Source: Octopus vulgaris
Taxonomy: Eukaryota
DNA: 64,000 nucleotides
Direction: 5' to 3'
NCBI GenBank assembly: GCA_951406725.2
Contig: OX597815.1
Coordinates: 183,334,001 to 183,398,000 of the forward strand
The first letter of the stretch is position 1. Each line of letters starts with the position of its first letter. Under the pieces are notes generated by a model. It saw nothing but the letters and a program-made list of their open reading frames with translations. It was not told the origin of the DNA and ran no database searches. Below are positions 12,575-26,319 of this stretch, piece by piece. A program made the translations under genes and the position numbers.

Positions 12575-14380
12575 TTAAATTGGAGATTCAGATTGCCTTT
12601 TGGAATTAATACTGCTTCCGTCACTCATCATCATTATTTAGCATCCATTTTTCATGCTGGCTTGGGTAAAACAGTTAGACTGGGGCTGATAAGCCAGAGA
12701 CCTGCACTAGGCTCTAGTCTGTTTTGTCTTGTTTCTACGGCTGGATACCCTACATAATACTAACAACGTCACAAAATGTGCTGGGTAGCTTTTATGTTAC
12801 TACTAATTATATTTTAAGAAGCCCACATGTAATTTGTGACACTAGTGCCTGAATAGACATTATTATTCTTTATATTGTTGAAAGAAGATATGGCTGTTAA
12901 GTTGCTGTCACTGATGAGCCCATAGCAGGATGGATTCACCTGATATTTACATTTATTCTTTTTTTAACTTGTTTCAGTCATTTGACTGCGGCCATAAATC
13001 AACCCCAGGACTTACTCTTTGTAAGCCTAGTACTTATTCTATCAGTCACTTTTGCTGAACCACTAAGTTATGGGGGATGTAAACACACCAACATTGGTTG
13101 CAGAAATATGGATGGTTTTATATTTACAGATATTTATTAGTATGTTACATGTTTTTATAAATCATATATCATATTAGCGCTTTCTTCCACTCTAGTGGAG
13201 TCTTCAAATTGAAGTAAGTTTTGCAGGAATTTTGACTTTTTATATAGTATTATTCAGTGTGTAGTGGTGGGGAGAGATATAAAATAGTACAAGAGGGTGA
13301 TGAATGGGGAGAAAGCGAGAGAGAGCATGTGTGTGTTTTTGTATCTGAAAAAGGTGTTAAAGAAAAAGAAGGAAGAAAAAAGAGAAAGAAGAAAAGATTT
13401 TTGTTGACATCTTTGCAGCTGGTCAGGTTGTCAGTAATAATGGATTCTTGGCTTTTAGTGATGGCAAATCCAGCTGTTTACTCCAAGGGGGGCAAAATGT
13501 CACTTTTCAGAAATATACACATATATATGTATATATGCATGTACATATATGACGGACTTCTTTCAGTTTCCGTCTGCCAAATCCACTCACAAGGCTTTTG
13601 TTGGCCTGAGGCTATATTTGAAGACATTTGTCCAAGGTTCCACACAGTGGGACTGAACTCAGAACCATGTGGTTGGAAAGCAAGCTTCTTATCACACAGC
13701 CACATTATTCAGTCTCTTTTTTTTTTAAATGATGGAGTGTGGTTTAAAAAGACCTTATATAGACTGCTTTATTAGCTCCAGATATAAATAGGTATTAAGC
13801 AGTAGTACAGCTTCCTATCGTAAGCTGTAGGATCATTAACATTGATGGATACCTTGTTTATTTCCAGTATTGAGTTCAGCTTCTTTTGTGAGTACTGCTT
13901 GAGGAGGGAGGGATTTCATTAGCCTCATTTGTTCAAGATGAAATATTTAATGGTGTCTGAATTATCTACTGATCCATAAGATTATGGTAAATATGTAAAT
14001 GAAGTAAATCACTTTGACAATAAATTAAATAAGAGCAAAAAGAAAATGAGAAAGTTAAGTGAAGTATTGAGGAAAAGTTTATGAAATTTGGTAAATTCTG
14101 TAATTTTTTTTTAGTCTAAAGGTTTTATTTCATCAGAGATATAGTTTCTGAGAAGTAACCATAGTGTGTTTCTAATGGAAATGGTTATTTAAGAGTTTGA
14201 GATTGAGAGTTAGTAGTCATGGCAGGCATTCAACATGTAAAAAAAAAATATTTGACCTCCATATTGTATCACATCTAGACTTTAATGATTTAGAAAAGAT
14301 TATTTATGAAAATTCAGAAACTCAAAGTGACCTGAAAAGATATTTCAAACAGTGTAGAAGTGATATAAAGAATGGCTTAC

Positions 14381-14551
14381 ATTTTGCATCTGTATTGCAA
14401 TCTTCTAATTCAATAGAGTTACCAACACATTCTTTGCCACCACACTGTGGTAATGGGTTTGAACATGAACGCTGTCTTTGCCTGAAAGCACCAGGCTGGC
14501 ATGAGTCACTGCAATTACTCCATTCGGTCCATTCAGTCCAGTTACCATCAA
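14381..14551 (-). CDS. Exon 17: TSP1 (IDGNWTEWTEWSNCSDSC...RQRQRSCSNPLPQCGGKECVG...CNTDAK)
   Basis: ttttag / gtaagc, phase 1 to 1; classic TSP1. Confidence 0.95.
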
Positions 14552-14729
14552 CTAAAAAAAAAATATTTATTGAAAGGGAAAATATATTTATGTAGATACT
14601 TAGAAATATAAAAGCAAACAAACAAACCCTTACACATACATATATATATATATAAACATATATAATACATGTATATACATAACACAAACACATATTCTTA
14701 TAAAATGTTCTTAGACTCAGAAAAGTAAA

Positions 14730-14944
14730 TTAACCCTTTTGTTACTGTATTTATTTTGATAGGCTCTGTGTTTCTTTCAATTACTTTAAATAGAACAAAG
14801 AATTTAATAAAAATAACTTAGTTATCATTAAGCTAGTGTTAGGATAAGGTTTGGTGGAAGATTTTAATTCAAAACTTATGAAAACAAGACATTTGTACTC
14901 AGAACCAGAGCTGGTTTCAGTTGGGTTGGTAATGAAAGGGTTAA
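14730..14944. mobile_element. piggyBac-type MITE, family 1
   Basis: Same sequence family and TTAA flanks. Confidence 0.9.
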
Positions 14945-15429
14945 TCAATTAGGATAAAAATAATGTATGTGGAAGAGGGAACAAAATGATACACACTATT
15001 ATTATTTAAATTAATAAGGAATTATGGTACTTCCCTATTATCAACAGCCAATTTTGTTTTAGTTACTAAAGGATTAGTAAATAAACTATTATATTCATGT
15101 GCTGGAATTAACAGTTGATCAGCTGACTTTTGAAATAGTTATCACAACCTCATTTAGAATGAAACGGTCAAGAGCTGACTAAATTGAAAACTATGAACAT
15201 GAAGTTGAAGATCCACTTTGTTTTACATCAATAAACACTTAAACAAAAACAAACAAACATGTATTTATACAGATGTTTGCTATTAACTTTTTATTGTTTC
15301 AGTCATTAAACTATGACTATGCTGATTGTGTACGGCCCTGGAAAAGTTTAGTTGATCAAATTGATTCCAGTATCACTTTTTTAAAATCTGGTATATATAT
15401 TAGCTTTTTATTGCTGAATTGCTAGGTTA

Positions 15430-15514
15430 CTCTCTCTCTCTCTCTCTCTCTCACACTCTCTCTCTCTCACACTCTCTCTCTCACACACTCTCTCTCTCTC
15501 TCTCTCTCTCTCTC
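15430..15514. repeat. (CT)n microsatellite
   Basis: Read directly from the sequence. Confidence 0.95.
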
Positions 15515-16049
15515 GATAGGCTTCTGCACTGTTTCTGTTTAGTAAATTTGCTCATTTGTCATTGGCCTCCTAGGTTATAGTAAAAGGCATCAACCCAAGG
15601 TGTATGTATATATCACTGTATCAACCAGCTATCGAATATTGTTATATATCACTGATCCCAATGAGATTCCTTGCATTGGTGTAGCTTTTGAATGATGCAA
15701 ACATTCCCTTTGAATAGAATATCAGTCCACTGCAGGGTTACTCATTACAACTGAGTGGACTGAAACAAAATGGGACAAAATTTGGCACATTTCTACCAAT
15801 ATCTTCCTGCCACATATTATTGCATATCTAGCTAGTCTTCACTCTAGGGAATAAAGTCTTAACTTTTTCAGTTTGCCCTAGCTAGTGATGAGCTTTTTTT
15901 GGCATATAGCATTGGATTGGTTCAAGTTCCACAATTAATTTTATGCTAAGTGGTTATCACAATTGGGAGCAATAGTCTAGATGGCTAAAAACAAATGTCT
16001 TCCAGAGGACAATTAACGTTTCCTGCCCTTGTGAAATTTGTGTTTTTGT

Positions 16050-16905
16050 GATCACATGTATACTGTAGTCTGCAATTCTGTCATGGACAGGAAATTGGAA
16101 CAAAGAGCCTATGTGAAATTTTGTGTCAAACTTGAAAAGTCTGCTACAGTGACATTGAGCATGCTTTGGCAAGCTTACAGCAATGAGGCAATGAGTTGTA
16201 TGTAGTACTTAGAGTGGCATGGGCACTTCCAAAATGGAAGAACGTTCCTGGAAGACCTATCACAGGTGTCACCCCTAGAAATGTGGTATTGTGCATTGAA
16301 AATTTGTCATCCAGGGCCAGATTATTTATTGAAATTTCTATTGTGACATTTTGAAGCATTTAAGGGAGGACATTCAGTGAAAGCAATCAGTTATGTGAAG
16401 TGCAAAGAATTGGATTCTTCACCAAGCTCTACTCACTTGTGAATTTCTCACCAAAATCAACATGGTATTGCTTCCACACCTGCCCTATTCACAAGATTTA
16501 GCATGTGATGTGTAGATTTCCAGCTCTTCCCCAGTATGAAAATGTAGCTCAGAAGTCACTGTTTTAACACTGTTATCAAGATCCAGTACAAGTAGCAGAT
16601 GGTCCTCAACTCACTTTGAGAAAACAACTTCCAGGCCAGATTTCAAAAGAGCCTGGGATACTGGGACCAGTATATTGCTGTACAAGGTGACTATTTTGAA
16701 GATGATGATGTTGAAACTTAGGTAAATAAGTTATTTTTTATTAAGCAGGACTAGTCTGGGAGCCTTTTGATACCTTCTGTCCACCATGATAAAAATGCAA
16801 CTCAAAGATTGCCGTTTTAACACTGTTGTCAAGATCCAGAGCAAATTGCAGAAGGTCCTTTAGTTGCTTATGGGAAATGACTTCCAGGCCAGATTCCAAA
16901 TCTGG
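16050..16905 (+). mobile_element. Degenerate mariner transposase remnant with a duplicated 3' part
   Basis: MDRKLEQRAYVKFCVKL; LPHLPYSQDLA; 16785-16905 repeats 16535-16650. Confidence 0.8.
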
Positions 16906-17055
16906 CCGGAACCATTTGGTTGGTAAACAAGCTAATTACTACTCAGCCACTCCTGCGCTTATATGTATATTTATTTACACACACTCACACAAATGAATAG
17001 AAACAGATATAGACAGATTATCAGTTATCTAGATAATTAAAAAGATATTACTTAC

Positions 17056-17105
17056 TTATTGAGAATTCGTTTTTGAAACATGTTTCATTGAAGCCTTCAC
17101 AGTAA
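17056..17105 (-). CDS. Exon 16 (50 bp): CYCEGFNETCFKNEFSI
   Basis: tttcag / gtaagt, phase 2 to 1. Confidence 0.87.
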
Positions 17106-17714
17106 CTGAAAAAGCAATTTTCATTAAATTGTAAAATTCTACTTCCAAATATATGAAATCTAGAGAAAAAAAACTCTTCTGATAATTTCATTGGTCATAA
17201 TTTTATTTACTCAGCACCTTATCAAATTATAGATATTAAGTGAAATTATACACTCCAGTATATTATCGCCTTTATTCAATTTTCAATGAATTTTCTTAAG
17301 ATATTAAGTAGTTCAAATAAAATTCTCACCATCCTTGAAGTTTTGTTTTGAAGACCACCACTCCAGTTTTTCCATTTAACCATCTTCCTTTTCTAGACTA
17401 CTACACTAATTTTTTTGACAGTTTTTTTCTTTTTCTTTCTCTGAAGTTCATTCTGTTCTATCACATGATTTCTTTTTCTTTTTTTTTTATTTCTATAACC
17501 TAGTTAATGCTATATTTCACTTGAAAATTTTTGTTACCTGGTTGTTAGTCTGCTAGCTCTTAGGTATTTAAAAAAATTTAGATTGCAATTGGGGAACAGA
17601 AGAGTCATTGGTTACATGAGACACATGCTTCAGCATTACCAAGAAATGAAAACATCAATTTCATCATCATCATCGTTTATTTTATTATATCTATAAACAA
17701 GAAATATCCTTTTC

Positions 17715-18120
17715 TTTTCTATTCTAGGCACAAAGCTTGAAATTTTTGTGGGAGGAGGCCAATCAATTAAATCGACCCCAGTATGCAACTGGTACTTAAT
17801 TTATCGACCCCGAAAGGATGAAAGGCAAAGTCGACCTCAGCAGAATTTGAACTCAGAATATAAAGACAGACGAAATATTGCTAAGCATTTTGCCTAGTGT
17901 CCTAACTTTTCTGCCAGCTCACCACCGTATCAACAAGAAATATTCTTTTCTGCTCTAGGCACAAGGCCTGAAATTTTGAGGGAGGGGACCATTCGATTAG
18001 ATCAACCTCAGTACACAACTGGTACTTAAATTATTGATCCTGAAAGGCAAAGTCGACCATGGCAGAATTTGAACTTAGAATGTAAAGACAGATGAAATAC
18101 CGCTAAGCATTTTGCCTGGT
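17715..18120 (-). mobile_element. Two tandem SINE family B copies
   Basis: Reverse complement of 33603-33815, present twice. Confidence 0.85.
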
Positions 18121-19099
18121 GTGCATCTTGCAGCTCACCTGCGACGGACCGGCGTCCCGTTCAGGTGGGAGACCTATACACCAAGGAAACCATCCCTTAT
18201 GAGCCAGGCATGGCTCGAGAAGGAATAAACATTACTAATAGCAATTCACCATACGTAGGCATAAAGGAAAAAATGAGCTCATTACTAATCCTGATATAAC
18301 GACCTGCCTGAATGCATCCACATGTCATCTAAGACACGCGCATGCCATGTACAATAGACAGTCTAGTTAAAAGACATACCACGGGGGAGGGGAGGATGTA
18401 GCATAAACCCGTGCTTTAAAGCAATTTTATGCAATTTTGGGGAGGGGTGAAATTACCCTCATGATTAAAAGTTATGATCAACAATTGTTGATTTAAATCA
18501 GACCAGGTTTATTAGCTATCCTGAGATAAGGGTTTTAAAATTTTCCTAACTGATATTTCTCGCAAAAAAAGTTACTGTTTGTAAAAATGTACAAATCATC
18601 TTCAATGAACTGTTCAAACATACGCAAACAATAGAAAAAGAATCATTCGTTGATTATCTCCCCTTGTTCAGACCGGTTGATGTAACAGAGCATCTTTTGG
18701 TAGAAGCTATGAGTTATTTCATCGAACTTTTCAGATATCAATTGGTGGGCTCTACTGGATGAGTTAGATAAGATAGACATGTATTCCCTTATGGCTGATG
18801 TAGTTTAACTCTTTTTTTTTTTTTTTTCAAGGTTTGAGCACCAATTGAAAAATTCAAATTTGATGGCAAAGAATCCAAACTAGATCGAAAACATCTATTT
18901 TAACAAGAAACTGGAGTTTGTCACACATCCTGTGACCTCTTCATTGATCTGTATCCCACATGTCTCCTCCTGTTCTGTTTAGTCCACACACACAAATACA
19001 CACATGTATATATTCTTGGATAAAATTAAAAAAACACATGTAGGATAGGCATACACAATAGCCTTTTACATAATTGCATTACACAGAAATATAGGCGTG

Positions 19100-21240
19100 C
19101 TATCCAAACAAAAACACTAACAGTGAAGCCAAACAGATAGCAATTAGTCTAAACATATCAGATTGGGTAAAATTTTAGCCATAAGAAATGCCTTCATCAC
19201 AATCAAAGACCAGAAGCCAAATTTTGCTTCTAACACCAAATGCTGCCTGATAAACCTGGCCCAAATTCAAGATTGGCCAGGCAAACAAACATATTCTGAG
19301 GAAGATCAACGATAGTATAGGGAGAACCTCTGGTCTCTCTCTATGGTGCAGCACCAAAGAGGTTACCTCATGGTTTAATGCCAACTGGCGGAGGGGCAGA
19401 GGAAGGTTCACACAATTAGACGTAGTTGACTTTTACCTCTTTATATTAAACAGGTTGCTGATCAAAGCACTTACCTTTGCTAAGGGTTTCACAGACATTA
19501 GCGAGAGGGACATTGATGTTATCATGCATACCAGGAGAATGGTGCTGTTCAATAATGATTCAATGTGGTGAAGAGAGCCTTCGACAGAACTGACATATGT
19601 GATCTCATTGGACTATACATTCTGGACACCTTAGGGAAGAAATTCCCTTCAGTCTCTATAGAGATGACACTCTGGCCATCTCTAGAGGAGCCTATAGGCA
19701 CACACTTGGTAGGTTTAGAAAGGACCTGATTAGCACCCTAGGCTCCATGAGATTCAAAATTACAATCGAGATGAACCTCATTACTGTAGACTTCCTAGAT
19801 GTTACCTTAGACTTGGGCTCTGGTACACACAGGCCCTATCACAAGCCAAATGAGAGGCTGTCTTATATCAATAGAGCCTCCTGCCACTTCCCTAACGTAT
19901 TCAAGAACCATAGTCAAGGGTGTCAGCAAGAGGATCTTGAATTTATCCTCAAGTCAAGTGGTTTTAAGAAGCACATCTACATACCAGCCCCTAGCACCCT
20001 CAAAAGAAAGCGCTGCTGAAACGTCATTTGGTTTTCCCCATCCTACTCACTCAACGGTAAGACTTGTGTAGGAAGAATATTCCTCAGGTTAGTCAGACAC
20101 ACATGCGGACATTTGTTTAATAGGCACAACCTAAGGGTCTCCTTCAGTTGTGCACCTAACAGGAAAAGTATACTAGCTAACACCCATAAAACATGGGACA
20201 AGGCTGGTTGCTCTTACAGGGTGTACAGTGACTGTCCTGTGGGATACCAATGCGAGGCCAAAGGAGTCATCTATGAGGCTGTGGTGATACCCAGACCTAG
20301 TGACCATTAGAAATAGCAGTAATGGATCATAGAACAACATTGACAGTATAGACGACAGTGGTAGAAACACCAATGACCCCAGCACCAGCACTACGGCTGA
20401 AGAGGATGACTGCTGATACCAGCATCACCAACGAGGCTACCAGCCCTACACTCACTGTTACCAATGATGACACCCACATCACCATTGGTGACGGTAACAC
20501 CAATGCCATGGTCAGGGATGACCACCATAACAACAACAGCTACAGCAATATTGCCCACACCTTGTAGTGATAACAATATCAATGGCAGCCCCAGCAACAT
20601 CTCCAGGCCTTGAGCCAACGGAAGATATGTCAGTAATGTGAGCAAAGAAATATATCAGGTCAGCCGTAAGTGACTCTTGTACAACCACAGGTCCTTTTTC
20701 AGGATTCCAGAAAGACAATTCATCACATCCCTGGCTGACCACATGAAGCCTCTAAGATGAAGGGACCTCATTCGATATCAAGTGGAAGATCTTCGAGTTG
20801 CTGGGATCCTACATTAACAGGAGTGAACGCTGCAAGCTTTGTATAGCTGAGCGAGCAAGGATACTCAAAGACAACCTGAATCACTGAGCACTTGCCAAAA
20901 AATCTTCACAGTATGCATCCATTTTAAGCACTACATTCTGCAAGCATGGGATTTCTCATATTAAAAAGGCCATTAGGATCCAAAAGCAGCATAAGGGATA
21001 AATTCCTTGCCCCTATACCCCGCTTTTGGTTCATGAGAAACTGGTCTAAGGGAGATAACCCATCCTCACGACCCAGGACTATTCTTTGCTGACTAACTGA
21101 CTAAATAACCATAATGGATTCCTGCCTCCAAAAGGTGAAGAGTTACATTTGTCTTCGGCTTTAGAGTCTGATGAGATGCCCACAGGGCTAAGGCCTTTGT
21201 GAATGCAAAACCATTGGTCACTCTTTGACCAGACAGACTT
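19100..21240 (+). mobile_element. Degenerate Penelope-like retroelement (RT + GIY-YIG endonuclease)
   Basis: Broken frames give AFITIKD.KPNF, LDVVDFY, DICDLIGLYIL, LYRDD, VDFLDVTLDL, YHKPNE..YIN, C...GVIY, IKWKI and CKLCIAE, followed by a 3' hammerhead. Confidence 0.88.
21163..21224 (+). ncRNA. Degenerate hammerhead at the 3' end of a Penelope-like element
   Basis: agagt CTGATGA g..cacagg..tttgtg..c AAAA ccattgg TC actct; GAAA changed to AAAA. Confidence 0.7.
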
Positions 21241-21739
21241 ATAAACACATTATATACTTATAAATACATTACTGCTTTAGAGTGTGTTTCATATTTGGAT
21301 ATATAATCTACTGGCGATATATACATACAAACAGCCAGTATGAATGCATGCTTATATTTCATAGTAAGATTTTAGAATTCATTACAGGAGCCATAGCTAT
21401 TATGATTTTAACCTACATCAAGGACTACTTAAAATTTTGTATCATTGCCTCTATAATTACAAGAAAATTGCAGCAAAGCTGCCTGATATTGATGGCTAAT
21501 GTGGCATGCAGACCATCATATATCTTCTTTTACTCTCAACTTCCATTTCATTTTGACATGTTCGTTGCATTTTTATTCTTCTTTTCTGTTTTATGAATTC
21601 AGTGTGAACATGCACATAGCATGTTCATACTTCTCTTTCTGGTCCCTACTCAAGACTGTTCACAGATTGCAACCATCGTTTGATGGTTGTGAAAAAAATA
21701 TGAAGAAGAAAACAAAAAAATTTAATGAGCCTAACTTAC

Positions 21740-21886
21740 CATTTTTCACAAATATCTTCTCGCATCAATTCAGAATTATCAAACCCAATGTCAGAAATAT
21801 TGCAGACAGATGGACATGCTCGAACAATACAGGGAATATATTCCTCAATGTTTCTTGTACAGTTTGTATTTCCATCTTCTAGTATT
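21740..21886 (-). CDS. Exon 15: TSP1 end plus VWC-like start (ILEDGNTNCTRNIEEYIPCIVRACPSVC...EDICEK)
   Basis: ttacag / gtaagt, phase 2 to 2. Confidence 0.9.
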
Positions 21887-22461
21887 CTGTAATAAGAATG
21901 GTCATTAAGACCAAATTAATGAGATAAAGTAACTGTATGTATATATATATATTACATGGAAAAATGCGAGCATGAAAAGTAATATTCTTAAGATTATAAA
22001 CCTGGAAAAGAGAGCAGTAGCATTTGCTATGTAAATGAGGTTTATGCTCATGTAATTGATGTCTGCTAATCTCACAAAACATGTACATTATATAAATCAT
22101 TAATACCATGTTTTTCTGTGTTCCTTTTCTATATTTTGCATGCAAGTTCTATATTTGAGTCTATCTGGAGTTTCGAAGACTAAGACATTAAAAGTAGGAA
22201 CTGAATATAAAACTGATTTATTGTACCCATACTTGTTAGTAATGTGTTGTGTGTTTTGGTATACCTTTTGTACTATGTGTATGCATGTATGTGTTTGAAC
22301 TCTCATTTAGCATAGAGAAAGCTCTACTGTTTCTATGCTACATTGCCAAGAATGTATCTTGTAGAAATTAAAGCAATATAGATGAAAATCTGCTTAATAT
22401 ATGTATTAGATTTCAATTTAAAAGTAAATAAATTTGAAAATCTTGTTTAATGTAAATTTAC

Positions 22462-22537
22462 CTGTGACGATATCTTAAACCCTCATCACAAGTTTTGCTG
22501 CATGCACCCCATGAAGACCATTCAGAATAAGAACAAC
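22462..22537 (-). CDS. Exon 14: TSP1 first half (CCSYSEWSSWGACSKTCDEGLRYRHR)
   Basis: tttcag / gtaaat, phase 1 to 2; WSxWxxCSxTC motif. Confidence 0.93.
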
Positions 22538-23676
22538 CTGAAAGACAAAATTTCAACAAAATAAGCAATCATTTTGTAAATGACTTATTTAACCAGCAAA
22601 GAGCCAAATAATGAATACAAAAAAAAAATACAATTATTAAAAGACTGTCCCTCTACTCACTGTAAACTGTTCCAAAAGCAGTATTTGATAGGTTTTTTTT
22701 TAAAATTATATCTCCCAGAATTATCAAAATATTTCTTTTGCTAAATATGCCTGAAAGACAAATAGTTGTATTACGCCTTACAGAAAAATTGTCAAATACT
22801 TTGTTTTCTTTTTTATTTGAACCCTAAAATGTTAAACTTGTGAAGCAATATAACAGATAAAGTCTACTTGTTATCGAAGTATGATTTAATTATATAATTT
22901 CTGTTTTTCTATTTGGTATTTACATAAGCAAAACTACATCAAAAATGCTTAGTTTAATTTCAGTCGCAAACATTCTGTAGCACTCAAAAGCTTTTCACAA
23001 ATCTTAATTATATCTTACATAAGATTACTACTCATGTATTGAGGATAATGTACATATTTGCATATGCATATTTTAGATTATATTCTAAACAAGGTGAAAA
23101 AACATTTGATATGTTAGCCTCATCTCTTTTGAACATACTACAACCATTGGTCCATAATCTGGTGAATGTCCACTATGTTTCTTTTAATAATGCTGCAAAA
23201 ACATATTGTTCTTTGTGCTGAGTTTACTGTATATACCCTTTTAGTATTGCCAGTGGATGCCACATATCCACTTTATCTGCAATTACTATCAGACTTCATT
23301 GCTGACTGCTTTCTTCCTCGGGAACATATAACAAATCAACTTAATTTTTCTCAATGGTTTCTGTCCAATCTTTAAGCTTCATTAGATGAAACAGTATGAT
23401 ATTAATTCCAAAATTCATCTGATTATTGAAATTATTCAATCTAAGAGAAAATGGGAAGCGCTAGCTCATCAGATGATTTTTTTAAAAATGTTCCAGAATG
23501 TTTGTAATGAATTTATATTACAGCTATCACTTTCTTTTTAGTTATACAACAGTTCTTCCTGCAAAGCTAATACAGAAATAATTTTAATGTGGAATATTTT
23601 TTTCCAAATTAAACATTATCTTTAAAAAGGATATAAGAGAAATTTATTAAATTTTGTGTGTGTATGTATGTATGTA

Positions 23677-23729
<53 letters not shown>

Positions 23730-23989
23730 AGTTCAAAAGTCAAACAATACAGGTGAAGGGAAAAATATTTTTCTGGGGAGAAGAATATTGAAAAATATCA
23801 ATATATGTCAGAATGACAAAGAAATGAGGAAGATACCAACCAGGTGGTCTTGGGACATGCGAGAAGCGATAGCTAAATCTCCCTTAAATCACCTTTTCAG
23901 CTGAATATTATTTAAAAATTATAAACAGAAACAAAGTCCTAGGCCAAAGTCAGTTCTGGTTTAGGAAGCAAGGTTCAAAAATTTTTTCA

Positions 23990-24028
23990 TAAAAAGCTGC
24001 TCCCCACCGTTGCCGGGTCATAGTGCTA

Positions 24029-24029
<1 letters not shown>
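23990..24029 (+). mobile_element. Helitron-like 3' end
   Basis: ccc...ggg hairpin then tgCTAG|T, similar to 2144-2171. Confidence 0.5.
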
Positions 24030-24068
<39 letters not shown>

Positions 24069-24072
24069 AAAT

Positions 24073-24750
24073 ACTCTTTTACTCTTATACTTGTTTCAGT
24101 CATTTGACTGTGGCCATGCTGGATCAATATATAATTTAGTCGAGTAAATCGACCCCAGGACTTATTGTTTGGAAGCCTAGTACTTATTCTATCGGGCTTT
24201 TTTGCCGAACTGCTAAGTTAAGGGGGTGTAAACACACCACCATCGGTTGTTAAGCAATGATGGGGGACAAAAACCGACACACAAACATATACACATACAT
24301 CATCAGCATCATCGTTTAGCGTCCGCTTTCCATGTTAGCATGGGTTGGACGGTTCAACTGGGGTCTGGGAAGCCAGAAGGCTGCACCAGGCCCAGTCTGA
24401 TCTGGCAATGTTTCTATGGCTGGATGCCCTTCCTAATGCCAACCACTCCGTGAGTGTAGTTGGTGCTTTTACGTGCCACCGACACAGGTGCCAGACGAGG
24501 CTGGCAACGGCCACGATTGGATGGTATTTTTTACGTGCCACTGGCACGAGCCCAGTTGGGGCGGCGCTGGCAATGGCTACGTTCATACGATGGGCTTCTT
24601 TCAGTTTCCGTCTACCAAATCCACTCACAAGGCTTTGGTCGGCCCAAGGCTATAGTAGAAGACACTTGCCCAAGGTGCCACGCAGTGGGACTGAACCTGG
24701 AACCATGTGGTTGGTAAACAAGCTACTTACCACAAAGCCACTCCTACGCC
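24073..24750 (-). mobile_element. SINE family A interrupted by a family C element (about 24298-24590)
   Basis: Head and tail of family A flank a (CAT)n-tailed insert. Confidence 0.85.
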
Positions 24751-24766
24751 CCTATATATATGCATA

Positions 24767-24800
<34 letters not shown>

Positions 24801-25278
24801 TATTATTTGTGTGTGTGTGTAAATATATATATATATATACATATAAATGGCACCTGTGCATTGATGGTGTCATGTAAATGCCACCCGTGACTCAGGATCA
24901 TTGATGGTATCATGTAAATGGCACCCATAAATTGTGGTCACACCTTGAGTGGTTGGCATTAGGAATGGTATCCAGCTGTAGAAACATGGCAGATCAGACT
25001 GGAACCTGGTGCAGCTCTGGCTCATCAGTTCCTGGCAAACCATCTAACCCATGGAGAGTAGACATGATGATGATGATATATGTATATATATATAAAATTA
25101 GAGCATATGTTAACCTTGTGAAGGGATGGTTGATTTCAAGCAAAATACTGGTTTAATACCTAGTATTTTTTGGGGAAAAAATTCCCTTGAAACAATAGGT
25201 ATGTATAAAGCATATAGTTTATATCCATTGAAAAGAAGAAAAGTGAATAATTGTTTATTATAAACAACATATTGATCA

Positions 25279-25380
25279 TCTTCACTTCTTACAGCTGTTT
25301 CAATTAATACTCAATAATTAATTTGTACACTAAATTTACATTTATGTGACACAAATATAATTTCAGCAGAGGTAAAAAGA
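25279..25380 (-). ncRNA. Degenerate hammerhead motif
   Basis: CTGCTGA (one core substitution) ... GAAA cagctg TA ag. Confidence 0.5.
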
Positions 25381-25570
25381 TATACATTTAGATGTTGTAT
25401 GTGGGCTTATCAATTCACTTCACTGTCTTTTTTTAAATGGATATAAATTTTATATATTCATAATGAAATATATAGATTAAAGATAAGGTGGTGTTCTCCC
25501 AAAGTAAAAAGTAGTATAGATACGGAAGAGAAAAATATGTTGATAAAAAGAGTGAAGGAAAATTACTTAC

Positions 25571-25617
25571 AGTCGTCAGTGATATTAGTACAAACGATTT
25601 CTCCATCTGTACATGTA
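25571..25617 (-). CDS. Exon 13 (47 bp): (C)TCTDGEIVCTNITDD
   Basis: tttcag / gtaagt, phase 2 to 1. Confidence 0.85.
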
Positions 25618-26045
25618 CTGAAATATCAAAGAAATATAATTTGGTTGAGTAGGTATGAATTTGGTATTACATATCCTCTCTCTCTCTCTCTCTTTCACAA
25701 ATATATATATTCATCCACATACACGTCCAATTATGAAAAGTGACAAAAGAAATCAATAGAACAATATTGGCTAATGGAAAGTTGCATACACAATCAAATG
25801 TAGACTATGTAGCGACCTATGAAAAAGACCAAAATTCCAATTCAAAGAGGGCCCTACCTTCCAATATATGTATATATATATATAAAATATAAATTAGAGA
25901 TAAAATCACTATTATGCAACTCAAACAGTGACAGACATAAACCAAAACATAAATAATAAATAATATATATTTTTATAAAACATATAACTTATAACTAGGT
26001 CTCAAAAAGTATAAAAATGAATGATCAATATATAATAAGTAAAAA

Positions 26046-26146
26046 AACCTACGTACATTTCATGGCTACAATTAAATTCGAATTACAATTAAGTTTAAAT
26101 TCAATTGAAATAAATTTGATTTAAAATTATAGTCAATCTTCAGGTT
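26046..26146 (-). ncRNA. Degenerate hammerhead motif
   Basis: CTGAAGA ttgactataa...ttgtagccat GAAA tgtacg TA; weak stem I. Confidence 0.5.
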
Positions 26147-26319
26147 AATGATATAATAATAAATAAGCAAATAGAGTTAAACTATTTATTTAAAAAATAA
26201 ATAAAATAATTTTTCTTATAGAAAAAAACTCCATTAACTAAATTTAAAACTTAAAACATTAGGATTATTTCCTACAACACATTTAATATGCTAAATATTT
26301 AATTTTTAAGGTACAATGA

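Noticed and set aside
12905-12960. CTGATGA motif as a possible hammerhead
   Set aside because: No GAAA or stem III downstream.
13257-13775. 172-aa ORF
   Set aside because: Made up of purine-rich low-complexity sequence, microsatellite and a SINE A head.
24247-24890. Several overlapping ORFs up to 181 aa
   Set aside because: They are translations of nested SINE A and family C repeats plus (TA)n; the same peptides recur at other SINE copies.
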